Assembly (NCBI GenBank): GCA_963755915.1
Contig: CAVWLP010000002.1
Location: 4,032,001 to 4,096,000, forward strand
Origin: an uncultured Phycisphaerales bacterium
GTDB taxonomy: Bacteria > Planctomycetota > Phycisphaerae > Tepidisphaerales > Tepidisphaeraceae
Length of the DNA: 64,000 nucleotides
Direction: 5' to 3'
The position numbers were made by a program, and so were the translations under genes. The notes beneath the pieces are model-generated. The model worked only from the letters and a program-made list of their open reading frames with translations, made no database searches and was not told the DNA's origin. Shown piece after piece: positions 10,883 to 20,507 of the stretch (positions are counted from its first letter, which is position 1; every line of letters starts with the position of its first letter).

Positions 10883-11203
10883 CGCGTGAGGATATTCTGA
10901 CGGCGAAGCCGCTGCGCGGCGGACGCGGTGGTGGAGCGGCGGGAAGACGGCGGTGCGCACGTGAAGATTCCGGTGAGCGGGCGGTGGCCGTTTCGGATGC
11001 CGGCAGGGGCGGTGAAAACGTTCGAGCTTGACGAGATGGGATTGTGGGTTTGGGATGCGTGCGACGGGAAGAGGACGCTGCTGGAGGTGATTACGAAGTT
11101 TGCCGAAAATTACCGGCTGAGCGTGCGGGAGGCGGAAGTGGCGACGACGAAGTTTTTGCAGACGCTGGGATCGCGGCGGCTGATGAGGTTGGAACCGAAA
11201 TAG
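10876..11203 (+). CDS. PqqD-family (RRE winged-helix) protein; frameshift near 10920
   Basis: AGGAGG RBS at 10866, then (V)LTREDILTAKPLR. After the shift, FELDEMGLWVWDACDGKRTLLEVITKFAENY...FLQTLGSRRLM fits the PqqD pattern. Confidence 0.8.
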
Positions 11204-11216
11204 GATGTGAGCGGCA

Positions 11217-11915
11217 ATGGACGCGCAGAGATTAGACGGCAAGAAAGCGCCCGGGCGGCAGATTGTACTGCCGCTGGGGGTGGCGCTGCGGATCGCGTAT
11301 GAGAATATCCGGATGCGACTGGGGCGAAGTTTGCTGACGACGAGCGGGATTGTTCTGGGCATCGCGTTTTTGACGTCGATCCTGGTGATGAACGTGATGA
11401 TGCGCGGCATGCGGGAGTGGGCTGTGAGTTCGGCGGGCCAGGTTGCCAAGCTGCAGGAACTGATGAATAAAAACGGCGTGCCGGTGACGCGGGAGGAGAT
11501 TGCCAACGATGCGATTCAGACGCGGTGGCTGCTTGGGCTGGCGATGCTGGTGGCGTTTATCGGGATATTGAATTCGACTCTGATGAGCGTGACGGAGCGA
11601 TTCCGGGAAATCGGGACGATGAAATGCCTGGGGGCGCTGGATGGGTTTATCCTGCGGCTGGTTTTTCTGGAGAATTTGTTTCAAGGGGTGGCGGGGACGA
11701 CGATCGGTATTTTGCTTGGGGCGGGCCTGGCGATGGTGGCGCAGACGGTGAGTTACGGGGCGTTCGCGTGGAAGAATATTCCGGTGGCGGAGCTGATTGA
11801 ATCCATGGGATTCTGTTTCATCGTGGGGTTGGCGCTCACGCTGGGAGGGGCGATTTGCCCAGCGTGGCAGGCGGCGCGGATGCAGCCGATCGCGGCGATG
11901 CGAGTGGAGCCATGA
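11217..11915 (+). CDS. Small FtsX-like ABC permease (4 TM)
   Basis: RSLLTTSGIVLGIAF, GILNSTLMSVTERFREIGTMKCLGA, PAWQAARMQPIAAMR. Confidence 0.9.
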   Translation: MDAQRLDGKKAPGRQIVLPLGVALRIAYENIRMRLGRSLLTTSGIVLGIAFLTSILVMNVMMRGMREWAVSSAGQVAKLQELMNKNGVPVTREEIANDAIQTRWLLGLAMLVAFIGILNSTLMSVTERFREIGTMKCLGALDGFILRLVFLENLFQGVAGTTIGILLGAGLAMVAQTVSYGAFAWKNIPVAELIESMGFCFIVGLALTLGGAICPAWQAARMQPIAAMRVEP

Positions 11916-12640
11916 ACGAATTTACGGTGCGGACGATCGATGTGAAGCGCAGCTACCCGATGGGGGGCGAAGTGTTGCATGCGCTGAAGGGGGTGAGTTT
12001 GTCGATCGGGCGGGGGGAATATATTTCGATCATGGGGCCGTCGGGGTCGGGGAAGAGTACCTTGTTCAATATGATTGGGGGGCTGGACAAGCCGTCGGAG
12101 GGGAAGGTTTATATTGACGAAGTGGATATCGCGCAGCTCGATAGCTATGAGCTGGCTTGGATGCGTTGCCATAAGATCGGGTACATTTTTCAGACGTTTA
12201 ATTTGATTCCGGTGATGACGGCGCTGGAGAACGTGATGATGCCGATGATTTTTGCGGGTCTGAATGCGGCGGATGCGCAGGACAAGGCGGCGGAAATTTT
12301 GAAGCGGGTGGAACTGGGGCATCGGCTGATGAACCGGCCGAGCGAGATGTCGGGGGGGCAGCAGCAGCGGGTGGCGATAGCGCGGGCGTTTGCGAATGAT
12401 CCGACCATTATTCTGGCGGATGAGCCGACGGGGAATTTGGATCTGCAGACGGGTAAGTTGATCATTGAGCTGCTGCGGCAACTGAACAAAGAACGGGGGG
12501 TGACGATCATTAGCGCGACGCACGATCATAAGATGCTGGCGGTGAGCGATCGGATTATGTGGATCAGCGATGGGAAGCTGGAGCGGATTCAGAATCGGGA
12601 GGATGTGAAGATTGAGGTGGGGAAGATCGAAGGGGCTTGA
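11912..12640 (+). CDS. ABC transporter ATP-binding protein (LolD/MacB type)
   Basis: Walker A GPSGSGKST, signature MSGGQQQRVAIARA, Walker B ILADEPTGNLD, H-loop ATHD. ATGA overlap with the permease. Confidence 0.95.
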   Translation: MNEFTVRTIDVKRSYPMGGEVLHALKGVSLSIGRGEYISIMGPSGSGKSTLFNMIGGLDKPSEGKVYIDEVDIAQLDSYELAWMRCHKIGYIFQTFNLIPVMTALENVMMPMIFAGLNAADAQDKAAEILKRVELGHRLMNRPSEMSGGQQQRVAIARAFANDPTIILADEPTGNLDLQTGKLIIELLRQLNKERGVTIISATHDHKMLAVSDRIMWISDGKLERIQNREDVKIEVGKIEGA

Positions 12641-12820
12641 TAGATTTTTATTGAGTGGGGCTTCCCGGGTTTGGGGAGAATAAAGAGGAAGATTTTTATC
12701 GGTTGCGGTTTGTGTGACGAGAAGAGGCGGTCACTCGTATAGGGGACCGCGGTTCCGCCGCGGGAGCACATGGCTGGCCGGGTGACGTTCGGGGCGACCT
12801 TGGGGTGTTGATCGGGGAGG

Positions 12821-13939
12821 TTACCGAAGTCCCTGCGTGAAGGCGGTGGAGAGGTTGGACGGCCAGGAGTAGGTGCCGGGTTTTAAAATGAGAAGGGGGG
12901 CGGTTCTGCCGGCGGGCAGGAGGGCGACGACGCCGGGGGCGATTGTGGATTTGACTTGGAGGGTGGACCACTGGAGACGCTCGATGACGGCGGAGGCGGT
13001 GGCGCCGCCTTCGATGATGAGAGTTTGGACTGGATGGGCGGAGAGGAGCGGGGGGATGAGATCGGCGATGGCGGTGCGGATTTGGTCGGTGCGGGCGGAT
13101 GTGACGGGGGAGCGGGCGGCGATGAAGGCGTAGCCGGTGGTGCGAAGTTGGAGAAGGGCCTTGGGGGCGTCGAAGGGGAGGTCGCAGATGACGGCGCCGG
13201 CGGCGAGTTGTGCGACAAACTCGCGGCTGGGGGTGGAGGCGCTGCCGAAGATGACGATTGCGTTGAGCGGTGATGCGAAGGGTTCGGTGGGGATGGGTTG
13301 GAGGGCGAGGGATTGGAGCAGGGCGGCGAAGAAATCTGCGCCGCCGGCGAAAAGGGTTTGGGAATCTCGTTGGGTGGACCAGTGGCGGATTTCGGATGCG
13401 GTGGCGGCGGCGCCGATGGTGATTCCGCGCGGCAGGGGGGGCTGACCTGGAGGGAGGCATTCGACATCGAGCGTTTGTGCGGGGTCGAGGAGGCGGCAGA
13501 CTTCGGATGTCGGTGGTGGGTTTTCGAGATCGACGGCCACCGGGGAATGGTGCAGGGGGATGTGGTCGATCAGGTATTGGCCATTTTCGATGATGCGGTT
13601 GCGAGAGGGATTCTGGGGGACGAGCAGGGCGCGAGGGAATTTAAGCGATGCGATGGCGGCGAGGAGTTCGGCGGCGACGCAGCCACGGAGCATGGAGTCG
13701 GTTTTTTTATAGATGAGGCTGAAATCGGCGGGATCGACGGTGTTGAGAATCGATTTGATCCGCTCGGCGGCCGCGTGCGGCGGGAGAAGGCGTGAGTCGG
13801 TGTCGAAGATGAGAACGTCGGCGGGGGTTTGGGGGAATTCGCCGCGGTGGATTATCGCGGAGAGGCCGTGGGCGGTTGCGAGGCCACCGATTTCAGCGGC
13901 GCCGGTGAGGTCGTCGGCGATGACAAGGAGGGGTTTCAA
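12821..13939 (-). CDS. Four-carbon acid sugar kinase family protein (DUF1537; DtnK/DenK-like)
   Basis: IADDLTGAAE, DTDSR, IYKKTDSMLRG, EGGATA, LKPG. Confidence 0.9.
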   Translation of the reverse strand: MKPLLVIADDLTGAAEIGGLATAHGLSAIIHRGEFPQTPADVLIFDTDSRLLPPHAAAERIKSILNTVDPADFSLIYKKTDSMLRGCVAAELLAAIASLKFPRALLVPQNPSRNRIIENGQYLIDHIPLHHSPVAVDLENPPPTSEVCRLLDPAQTLDVECLPPGQPPLPRGITIGAAATASEIRHWSTQRDSQTLFAGGADFFAALLQSLALQPIPTEPFASPLNAIVIFGSASTPSREFVAQLAAGAVICDLPFDAPKALLQLRTTGYAFIAARSPVTSARTDQIRTAIADLIPPLLSAHPVQTLIIEGGATASAVIERLQWSTLQVKSTIAPGVVALLPAGRTAPLLILKPGTYSWPSNLSTAFTQGLR

Positions 13940-14964
13940 CGGTTGGCGGCCATTTTCGCCGCATATTGAATGGCATCAAGGAGGCTGGCGTCGCTGGCGG
14001 TGCCTTTGCCGGCCTGGTCGAAGGCGGTGCCGTGATCGACAGAAACGCGGATGATGGGCAGGCCGAGGGAAACATTGACGCCGTTGACGCGTGCCCAGTG
14101 TGCGGCGGCGGGATCGAAGAGGAAGCCGCGGATTTTCGCGGGGATGTGGCCCTGGTCGTGATACATGGCGACGCAGATGTCGTAGAAGCCGGTGACGGCC
14201 TTGGCGAAAAATGTGTCGGGGGGCTCGGGGCCTTCGACTTTGATTCCGGCGGCCCGCGCGGCATCGATGGCGGGAATGATGTGCTCGCGTTCTTCGGTTC
14301 CGAAAAGGCCGCCGTCGCCGGCGTGGGGGTTGAGGCCGGCTACGCCGATGCGGGGGCTCTTGATGCCGAGGCGCAGACAGGCTTCGTGGGCGAGCTTGAT
14401 GACGCTGAGGACGCGCTCCTTGGTGATGGCGTTGCAGGCGTCGCGAAGCGAGACGTGGGTGGAGACGTGGACGACGCGAAAATTGTCGGCCGCGAGCATC
14501 ATGGTGAAATTTTGGGTCTTGGTGAAATGGGCGAAGATTTCGGTGTGGCCTGGAAAGTCGTGGCCGGCGAGGACGAGGGATTCTTTGTGAATCGGCGCGG
14601 TAACGGTGGCGTCGATATCGCCGGCGAGTGCGAGGGTGATCATCGTCTTGACGGCGCGGAAGGCGGCGTCGCCGGCCATCGCGGAAATTTCGCCGAGGCG
14701 AAGAGCGGATAAATCCGGGCCATCGATGGCGAGGACATCGATCACATCCGGTTTGAAATGGGTTTCGGATGGTTTGGCGATGGGGTTGATTGTTAGGTTG
14801 ACGCCCGCATAGGCGACAGCGTGTTTCATGATGGCGGGATCGCCGATGACGATCGGGCGGCAGAGCTGGTGCGTTGGCTGGCGCGAAAGAGCCATGGCGA
14901 TGATTTCCGGACCGATGCCGGCGGGATCGCCCATGCTAATTCCGATTTTGGGTGGTTGATTCAT
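13936..14964 (-). CDS. pdxA: PdxA-family dehydrogenase, probably PdxA2 (D-threonate/D-erythronate 4-phosphate dehydrogenase)
   Basis: MGDPAGIGPE, PGHTE, GLNPHAG, AMYHDQGHIP, RVSVDHGTAFD. Adjacent to a DUF1537 kinase. Confidence 0.9.
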   Translation of the reverse strand: MNQPPKIGISMGDPAGIGPEIIAMALSRQPTHQLCRPIVIGDPAIMKHAVAYAGVNLTINPIAKPSETHFKPDVIDVLAIDGPDLSALRLGEISAMAGDAAFRAVKTMITLALAGDIDATVTAPIHKESLVLAGHDFPGHTEIFAHFTKTQNFTMMLAADNFRVVHVSTHVSLRDACNAITKERVLSVIKLAHEACLRLGIKSPRIGVAGLNPHAGDGGLFGTEEREHIIPAIDAARAAGIKVEGPEPPDTFFAKAVTGFYDICVAMYHDQGHIPAKIRGFLFDPAAAHWARVNGVNVSLGLPIIRVSVDHGTAFDQAGKGTASDASLLDAIQYAAKMAANR

Positions 14965-15929
14965 TTCAAAGGGCGCTGTTTTGGTGGGTTTGTTTGGAGG
15001 GCATCGGCGGAATTTGAATTCCCCACGGCAGCGCCGTGGGCGTTCACAGAGGAAACTGGGCCGGGAGCGTCGCCGTTTTGGTTGGTTAGAGGGGGGAGCA
15101 TGGTGCGGCCGCAGAGGCCGCGCTCTTCGAGCATTGCTTTGAGGGAAGCTAATCCGAGGCCCAGGGTGCGGCATTTGAGATATCGAGAGCAGAGGGCATC
15201 CGTTTGATTTTGCAGCTCTTCGACGGCGTCCCAGCGCTCTTCGGAGGCGGCGTCGAACAGGGCGCGATAGAGTTCCGGGGCGAGATTGGCGCCGCTGGGA
15301 ACGATGCCCGCGCCGCCGCGTTTGAGGCCGAGGAGGAACTGGGGGCTGTTGCCGATGAGGATGGGAAAACCGTCGCGACCACCGGTGAGGCGGAGGAGAT
15401 CGACGACGCGGGTGGGGTCGCCGGCGGACTCTTTCAGGGCGACGATGTTTTCGTGGCGGCGGAGGCGGTCGATTGCGGTGAGGGGAATGGTTTGATGCGT
15501 GGTGGACGGGATGTTGTAGAGAACCAGGGGAAGGGGAAGATCGTCGGCGAGGCGGACAAAGTAAGATTCGATCTGCTCGTTGGTGAGGGGAAAGTAACTG
15601 GGCACATGGGCGACAAGGACGTCGGCGCCGATTTGGGCGTAGGCTTTGGCGGCTTCGAGGGATTCCTGAAAGCAGTTGGCGGCGATGCCGGCGTAGACGG
15701 TGGCTTTTTTGTCGGCGGCGCGAACCGTGAACTCGACCAGACGCCGTTTTTCGGTGGGATGGATTGAGGCGGACTCGCCGGTGGTACCGAGGGCGAAGAT
15801 TCCGTGGACACCGCCGTTCACGAGGTGGGCGACGAGACGGTCAACCGCGGGTTTGTCGATGCGGCCGTCGGTGGTGAAGGGGCTGACCATGGGAACGACC
15901 AGTCCGTGGAGGGAAAGAGAAACGGGCAT
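14961..15929 (-). CDS. DHDPS/NAL-family class I aldolase
   Basis: GTTGES, LYNIP, Schiff-base Lys in ALKES. The C-terminal tail runs through repeat A. Confidence 0.9.
   Translation of the reverse strand: MPVSLSLHGLVVPMVSPFTTDGRIDKPAVDRLVAHLVNGGVHGIFALGTTGESASIHPTEKRRLVEFTVRAADKKATVYAGIAANCFQESLEAAKAYAQIGADVLVAHVPSYFPLTNEQIESYFVRLADDLPLPLVLYNIPSTTHQTIPLTAIDRLRRHENIVALKESAGDPTRVVDLLRLTGGRDGFPILIGNSPQFLLGLKRGGAGIVPSGANLAPELYRALFDAASEERWDAVEELQNQTDALCSRYLKCRTLGLGLASLKAMLEERGLCGRTMLPPLTNQNGDAPGPVSSVNAHGAAVGNSNSADALQTNPPKQRPLK
15011..15049. repeat. Palindromic element A (CCCACGGC-N3-GCCGTGGG)
   Basis: 36/39 identical to 26940-26978; lies within the 3' end of the aldolase ORF. Confidence 0.85.
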
Positions 15930-17958
15930 TACAGTGGGCTCCTTGAAAAGTCATAGTGGGTTTTAGAGGTTGCTTCATTCTGCTCTTGCTCGGTGGCGAT
16001 GATGCGCTCGGCGATGGCTTCCATCGCTGAAGCGGCGGCCCAGGCGTTGTAGCTCCACCAGGTGCTGGAGGCGGAGTTGTCGTCATGGTATCGCTCGACG
16101 AGAAGTCCGTCGCTGGGGCAGGTGCGCTCGGAAAGAACGCCGTAGGCGCCGTAGCCGGTGACGCGGGGGTAGAGTTCCATCGTGTTCATAAGCCAGGCGA
16201 TGCCGTCTTCGGCACGGTTGGCGTGATAGGCGTCGGCGGTTTTTCGGGCGAGGTAGTGAAGGTCTTCGGTGACGACGGTGCTCATGGGATGGATGTGGGG
16301 GTTGGAGACGGAAGTGATCGAGCCGCCGCAGGAATTCCAATCGCTGGCTTTGAGGGGCGGCGATTGGGGGCGGGTGCGGAATCCGTAGCGCCAGAGGTAT
16401 TCGTAGTGGGCGCCGTCCTGGAGCATGTCGAGATAGAGCGGATCGGCGGTGTGCGTGTGCATGAGGCGGGCGGCGCGGATGAAGGCGAGGTTTCCTTCGG
16501 AATCGACGCTTTTGAAAGTGTCCATCGGCGATCCCCAGCAGGCGAGATTTGTCACGAAGTGACGGTAGTAGTGTAGTGCGCGGGCGGCGGCGTCGCGATA
16601 GCGGGTGTTGCTGGTGAGCTTCCAGGCGTGAATGAGCGCGGGGGCGAACCAGCAACCGGCGAAGCCGTCCCAGTCGACGACCTTTTTTTCTGAGCTGCTG
16701 AAGATGTAACCGAAGGCGCCGTCGTCGCGCTGTAATTCGACGGCGGTGTCGAGTACGCGGAGGGCGACGTCAACCCAGCGGCGGCAGTGGGGGGTGTCCG
16801 CGGGGAAGGGGTTTGAAGCGGCGCGAAGAAGATAATAGGCGGCGTGGGCGTTGGTGTAGGCGCAATGGTTGCCCTGGGTTTGAGGTAAGAAACCTGACCA
16901 CCAGCCGTTGATTTCGGATGCGTTCCAATCTTTGGGGCGGTTGTGGGTGAAGCGATTGAGAGTGGTGTCGTTGAGGAAGCCGGAGGACTCGTTGAAGCCG
17001 GTTGCGATCTCGTTGAAGATTTGGGCTGAATCTTTGGGAAGTTTTAGATCGGGGAAGAGGCGCTCGGCGAGCTGGAAGGGGTAGGCGAGGACGGTGCCTC
17101 CGGTCCAGCCGATTTCGACGATGGCGCGCCAGGGTTCGAGATTGAGGTCAACCGGGACGCGGCATTTTCGGTTGGTGTACTGCTGAAGCTCGGGGGAAAA
17201 GTTGATTTTTGCGAAGGCGTCGGCGAGGGCGCGCAGGGCGTCGCGAAACGAGCGGGAGAATTGCGGAATGCTGCGCATCTCCTCGTAGATGGCGCGGATG
17301 ATTCGGTGGGCGGCGAGGCGCCCGGCGCCGGGCACGGCGAATATTTTTCCTGTTGCACCGGCGCGATGGGTAAGATCGGCCGTGGCGGGGGCGAAATGCG
17401 TTTTTTCGACAAAGGTTAGCGGGTCATTTCCGTAGCCCAGGGCGACGCCGAAGCGATCGGGGAGGGCGGCGAAGAGGCCGTTGCGGATGAAGCCGTCGTC
17501 GGCGTTGCCGGAGGGGGAATAGGGGTCGATGGAAATTCCAACCGCTCCGCGCTGGCAGCAGAGGATTGAGACGGGATGAGAAGCGCGATCGGCGCGGAAT
17601 TCCCAGAGGGGGGCGCAATTTCGCTCGGCGGGGCGGGCGCCGGTGAGGCAGGGGAATTCGCCGGGACGGACGAAGGGGGCGTTGTTGTCGCCGTGGATGT
17701 TTCCGGGGATGAGATGGAAGAGGTCGGATTCATCCAGCAGCCGGGCTTGGAGGCGGATGCGGGTTTTGAAGTGGGATTTGAAGTTGAGGGAGTATTCCAA
17801 ATGGTCGTGTTCGCGATCGACGTGGAACCGGCCCTCGATGCCTTTGTGGTTGAAAACGTCTCCATCGGCGCCGGGCGCAGGGGGAGATCCATCCAACTTC
17901 CCTGCTGGAAGGCGGTGAGCGACAGTTGGAGCGCGAAATCGTTCAGGTGGACGACCAT
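15929..17958 (-). CDS. Hypothetical protein with a predicted C-terminal (alpha/alpha)6-barrel, glycoside-hydrolase-like; probable frameshift near 17880
   Basis: Helical repeats such as LQRDDGAF, WKLTSNTRYRDAAARA and HTADPLYLDMLQ. A plausible N-terminus MVVHLNDFALQLSL lies in another frame (ATG 17958). Confidence 0.6.
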
Positions 17959-18121
17959 ACAACTAATTGATAGCGGGATGAATCGCGACGCCCAAAAGTT
18001 AATCTGCGGGTGGCGAAGGGCCTAGAACAATCTAGCGTAATTGTTTTGCAGATTTGCGCACTTGCGGATATAGGGTAAGAAAGTGGGCCGATAAGGGCCG
18101 AAATCGCGGAAATAAGGGAAT

Positions 18122-18145
18122 GGTGGGCGAATTCGCCCACCCTAC
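18122..18145 (-). repeat. GTAG-type REP-like palindrome
   Basis: Minus strand reads GTAG-GGTGGGCGAATTCGCCCACC: GTAG followed by a perfect 20-bp palindrome. Confidence 0.7.
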
Positions 18146-18152
18146 GTTGGGT

Positions 18153-20503
18153 ATGCGAGAGCGTCTATCTCTGGACCACAATTGGAGGTTTGCGTTGGGG
18201 CATGCGGGTTGCGCGGCGCGGGACTTTGGGTTTGCGGCCAGCCGGTGCCTGGTCAAAGCGGGCGAGGCTCGTGGTGCCGCCGGACGGGAATTCGATGACT
18301 CGCGCTGGCGGCGGGTGGATGTGCCGCATGATTGGGCGATCGAGTTGCCGTTCGATTCTAAGGGAGATAAGGAGCTGGCGGAGCATGGATTTCGGGCTAT
18401 CGGGCCGGCGCATCCTGAGAATAGCGTGGGATGGTATCGCCGGAAATTCCCGGTTCCGAAAGGCGACCTCGGGCGGCGCATCGGGATTGAATTTGATGGA
18501 GTGTTTCGAAATAGCATTGTGTGGGTGAACGGATTCCGGCTGGGACGCCACGAGAGCGGATATACGAGCTTTCGATATGACGTGACGGATGTAGTGGAAT
18601 ATGGGGGCGAAAATGTTGTTGCCGTTCGCGTCGATGCGACCGACTGGGAGGGGTGGTGGTATGAGGGGGCGGGGATTTATCGTCATGTCTGGCTGGTTAA
18701 AACCGATCCGCTTCATGTTGCGCCGAGTGGAACTTTTGTGAGCAGCAAAATTGTCCGGGGGGCCGCGACGGTTACGGTGCGAACGCGGGTGGTTAACGAT
18801 GGGGAGGAGAGTGCAAAGTTCGACTTAACGTCGCGCATCCGCGATGCCGGCGGGGCGGTAGTCAAAGTCGGCAAAGGCCGGGGCGTACGGCTCGCGCCTG
18901 GGGACGGTGCGGAATTGGTGCATCAATTGCGAATCGATAATCCGCGGCTTTGGTCGTGCGATGCTCCGAATTTGTATGAACTGGAAAGCGTGATAAGCGA
19001 CGGGCGGCGGACGCGGGATTCATACGTGACGACGTTTGGGATTCGGACGCTGCGATGGGATGCCAAGCGCGGATTTTTCCTCAACGGGAAGGGGCTGAAG
19101 ATCAAAGGGACGTGCAATCACCAGCAATATGCCGGAGTGGGGATCGCCGTGCCGGACCGGGTTCATGAGCTGCGGGTTGAAAAGCTGAAGGAAATGGGGT
19201 CGAACGCGTATCGCTGCTCGCATTATGCGGCGACGCGGGAACTGCTCGATTTTTGCGATCGTAACGGGTTGCTGGTGATGGCGGAAAACCGCCTGGCGGG
19301 TGGGGGGCAGGAGGCGCTGGGGGAATTCGAGAGCATGATTCTGCGGGACCGAAATCATCCCAGCATTATTTTGTGGTCGATCGCAAACGAGGAGCACACG
19401 ATTCAGTGGTCGGCCAGGGGGGAGCGAATCGCCCGGGCGATGGTGAAATTGGCGCACCGCCTGGATCCGACGCGGAAGGTTACGGCGGCGATGCACGACA
19501 GGGGGCTTGGGGAGGGATTTGCGAATGTCGTGGACGTTCATGGATGGAACTACATCAACGTGGGGAATATTGAGGCGTTCCACCGCCGGCGGCCGGAGCA
19601 GCCGATCGTCGGCAGCGAAGAGGGAAGCACTGTATGCACGCGGGGGATTTATGCCGACGATCCGGGCGCGGTTATGTGAGCGCCTACGATGTTCGCGCTC
19701 CGAAATGGGGTTCGACGGCGGAGAACTGGTGGACGTTTGTGGCAAAACGTCCGTGGATCGCAGGGGGGTTCGTGTGGACGGGGTTCGATTATTTTGGCGA
19801 ACCGATTCCCTACCAATGGCCATGCACGGGCTCGCATTTCGGGCTGATGGACATGTGCGGATTTCCGAAAGACAATTATTATTACTTCAAGTCCTGGTGG
19901 AGCCGGGAGACGGTTTTGCATCTTTTTCCGCACTGGAACTGGCGAGGGAAAGAGAAGCGGATGATCGACGTACGGTGTTTCAGCAACTGTGATGAGGTGG
20001 AATTGCTACTCAATGGCACGAGTCTGGGAAGAAAGCGGATGGGGCGAAACTCTCATCTGGTTTGGCCCGTGGCTTATGCGCCTGGGGTGCTGGAGGCGCG
20101 AGGCTTTCGCGATGGAAAGCGTGTTGCCACGACGAGAAATGAGACCAGCGGTGCCGCGGCGAGGATCGTGCTTGAGGCTGATCGCCACGCGATTCGCGCC
20201 GATGGGGAGGATGTCGTGGCAGTGACGGCAGCAGCGGTCGATGCGAAGGGACGAACGGTTCCAACCGCTCAAAACCTGGTTCGATTTGATATTTCGGGGG
20301 CGGGGCGGTTGCTGGGCGTGGGCAATGGGGATCCGAGCAATCACGAATCGGTTAAGGAGCCACAGTGCCGATTGTTCAATGGCCGATGTATGGCATTGAT
20401 CGGCGCGGAAACGAAGGCGGGGAGGCTGCGCGTGCGCGGCCAGTCGGTCGGGCTGGAAGAATCGGTTGTGGAAGTGCAATTGGCGCCGGGCGCAGGAAAG
20501 TGA
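18153..20503 (+). CDS. GH2 beta-galactosidase-like protein, no signal peptide; frameshift near 19670
   Basis: VPHDW, WWYEGAGIYRHV, GTCNHQ, RNHPSIILWSIANEE, then GGFVWTGFDY and GVGNGDP in the second ORF (19634-20503). Confidence 0.9.
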
Positions 20504-20507
20504 TTCT

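Noticed and set aside
10876-11203. PQQ or RiPP biosynthetic cluster
   Set aside because: No pqqA/B/C/E, radical SAM, YcaO, lasso cyclase or credible precursor ORF in the window.
12787-12832. Possible degenerate filled copy of element B (GTTCGG...ACCGAAGTCC)
   Set aside because: Only the short ends match and the interior does not align with element C, so it is too weak to call.
13936-15929. Vitamin B6 (pdxA) and lysine (dapA) biosynthesis
   Set aside because: Context with a four-carbon acid kinase and no pdxJ or dapB favours catabolic paralogues.
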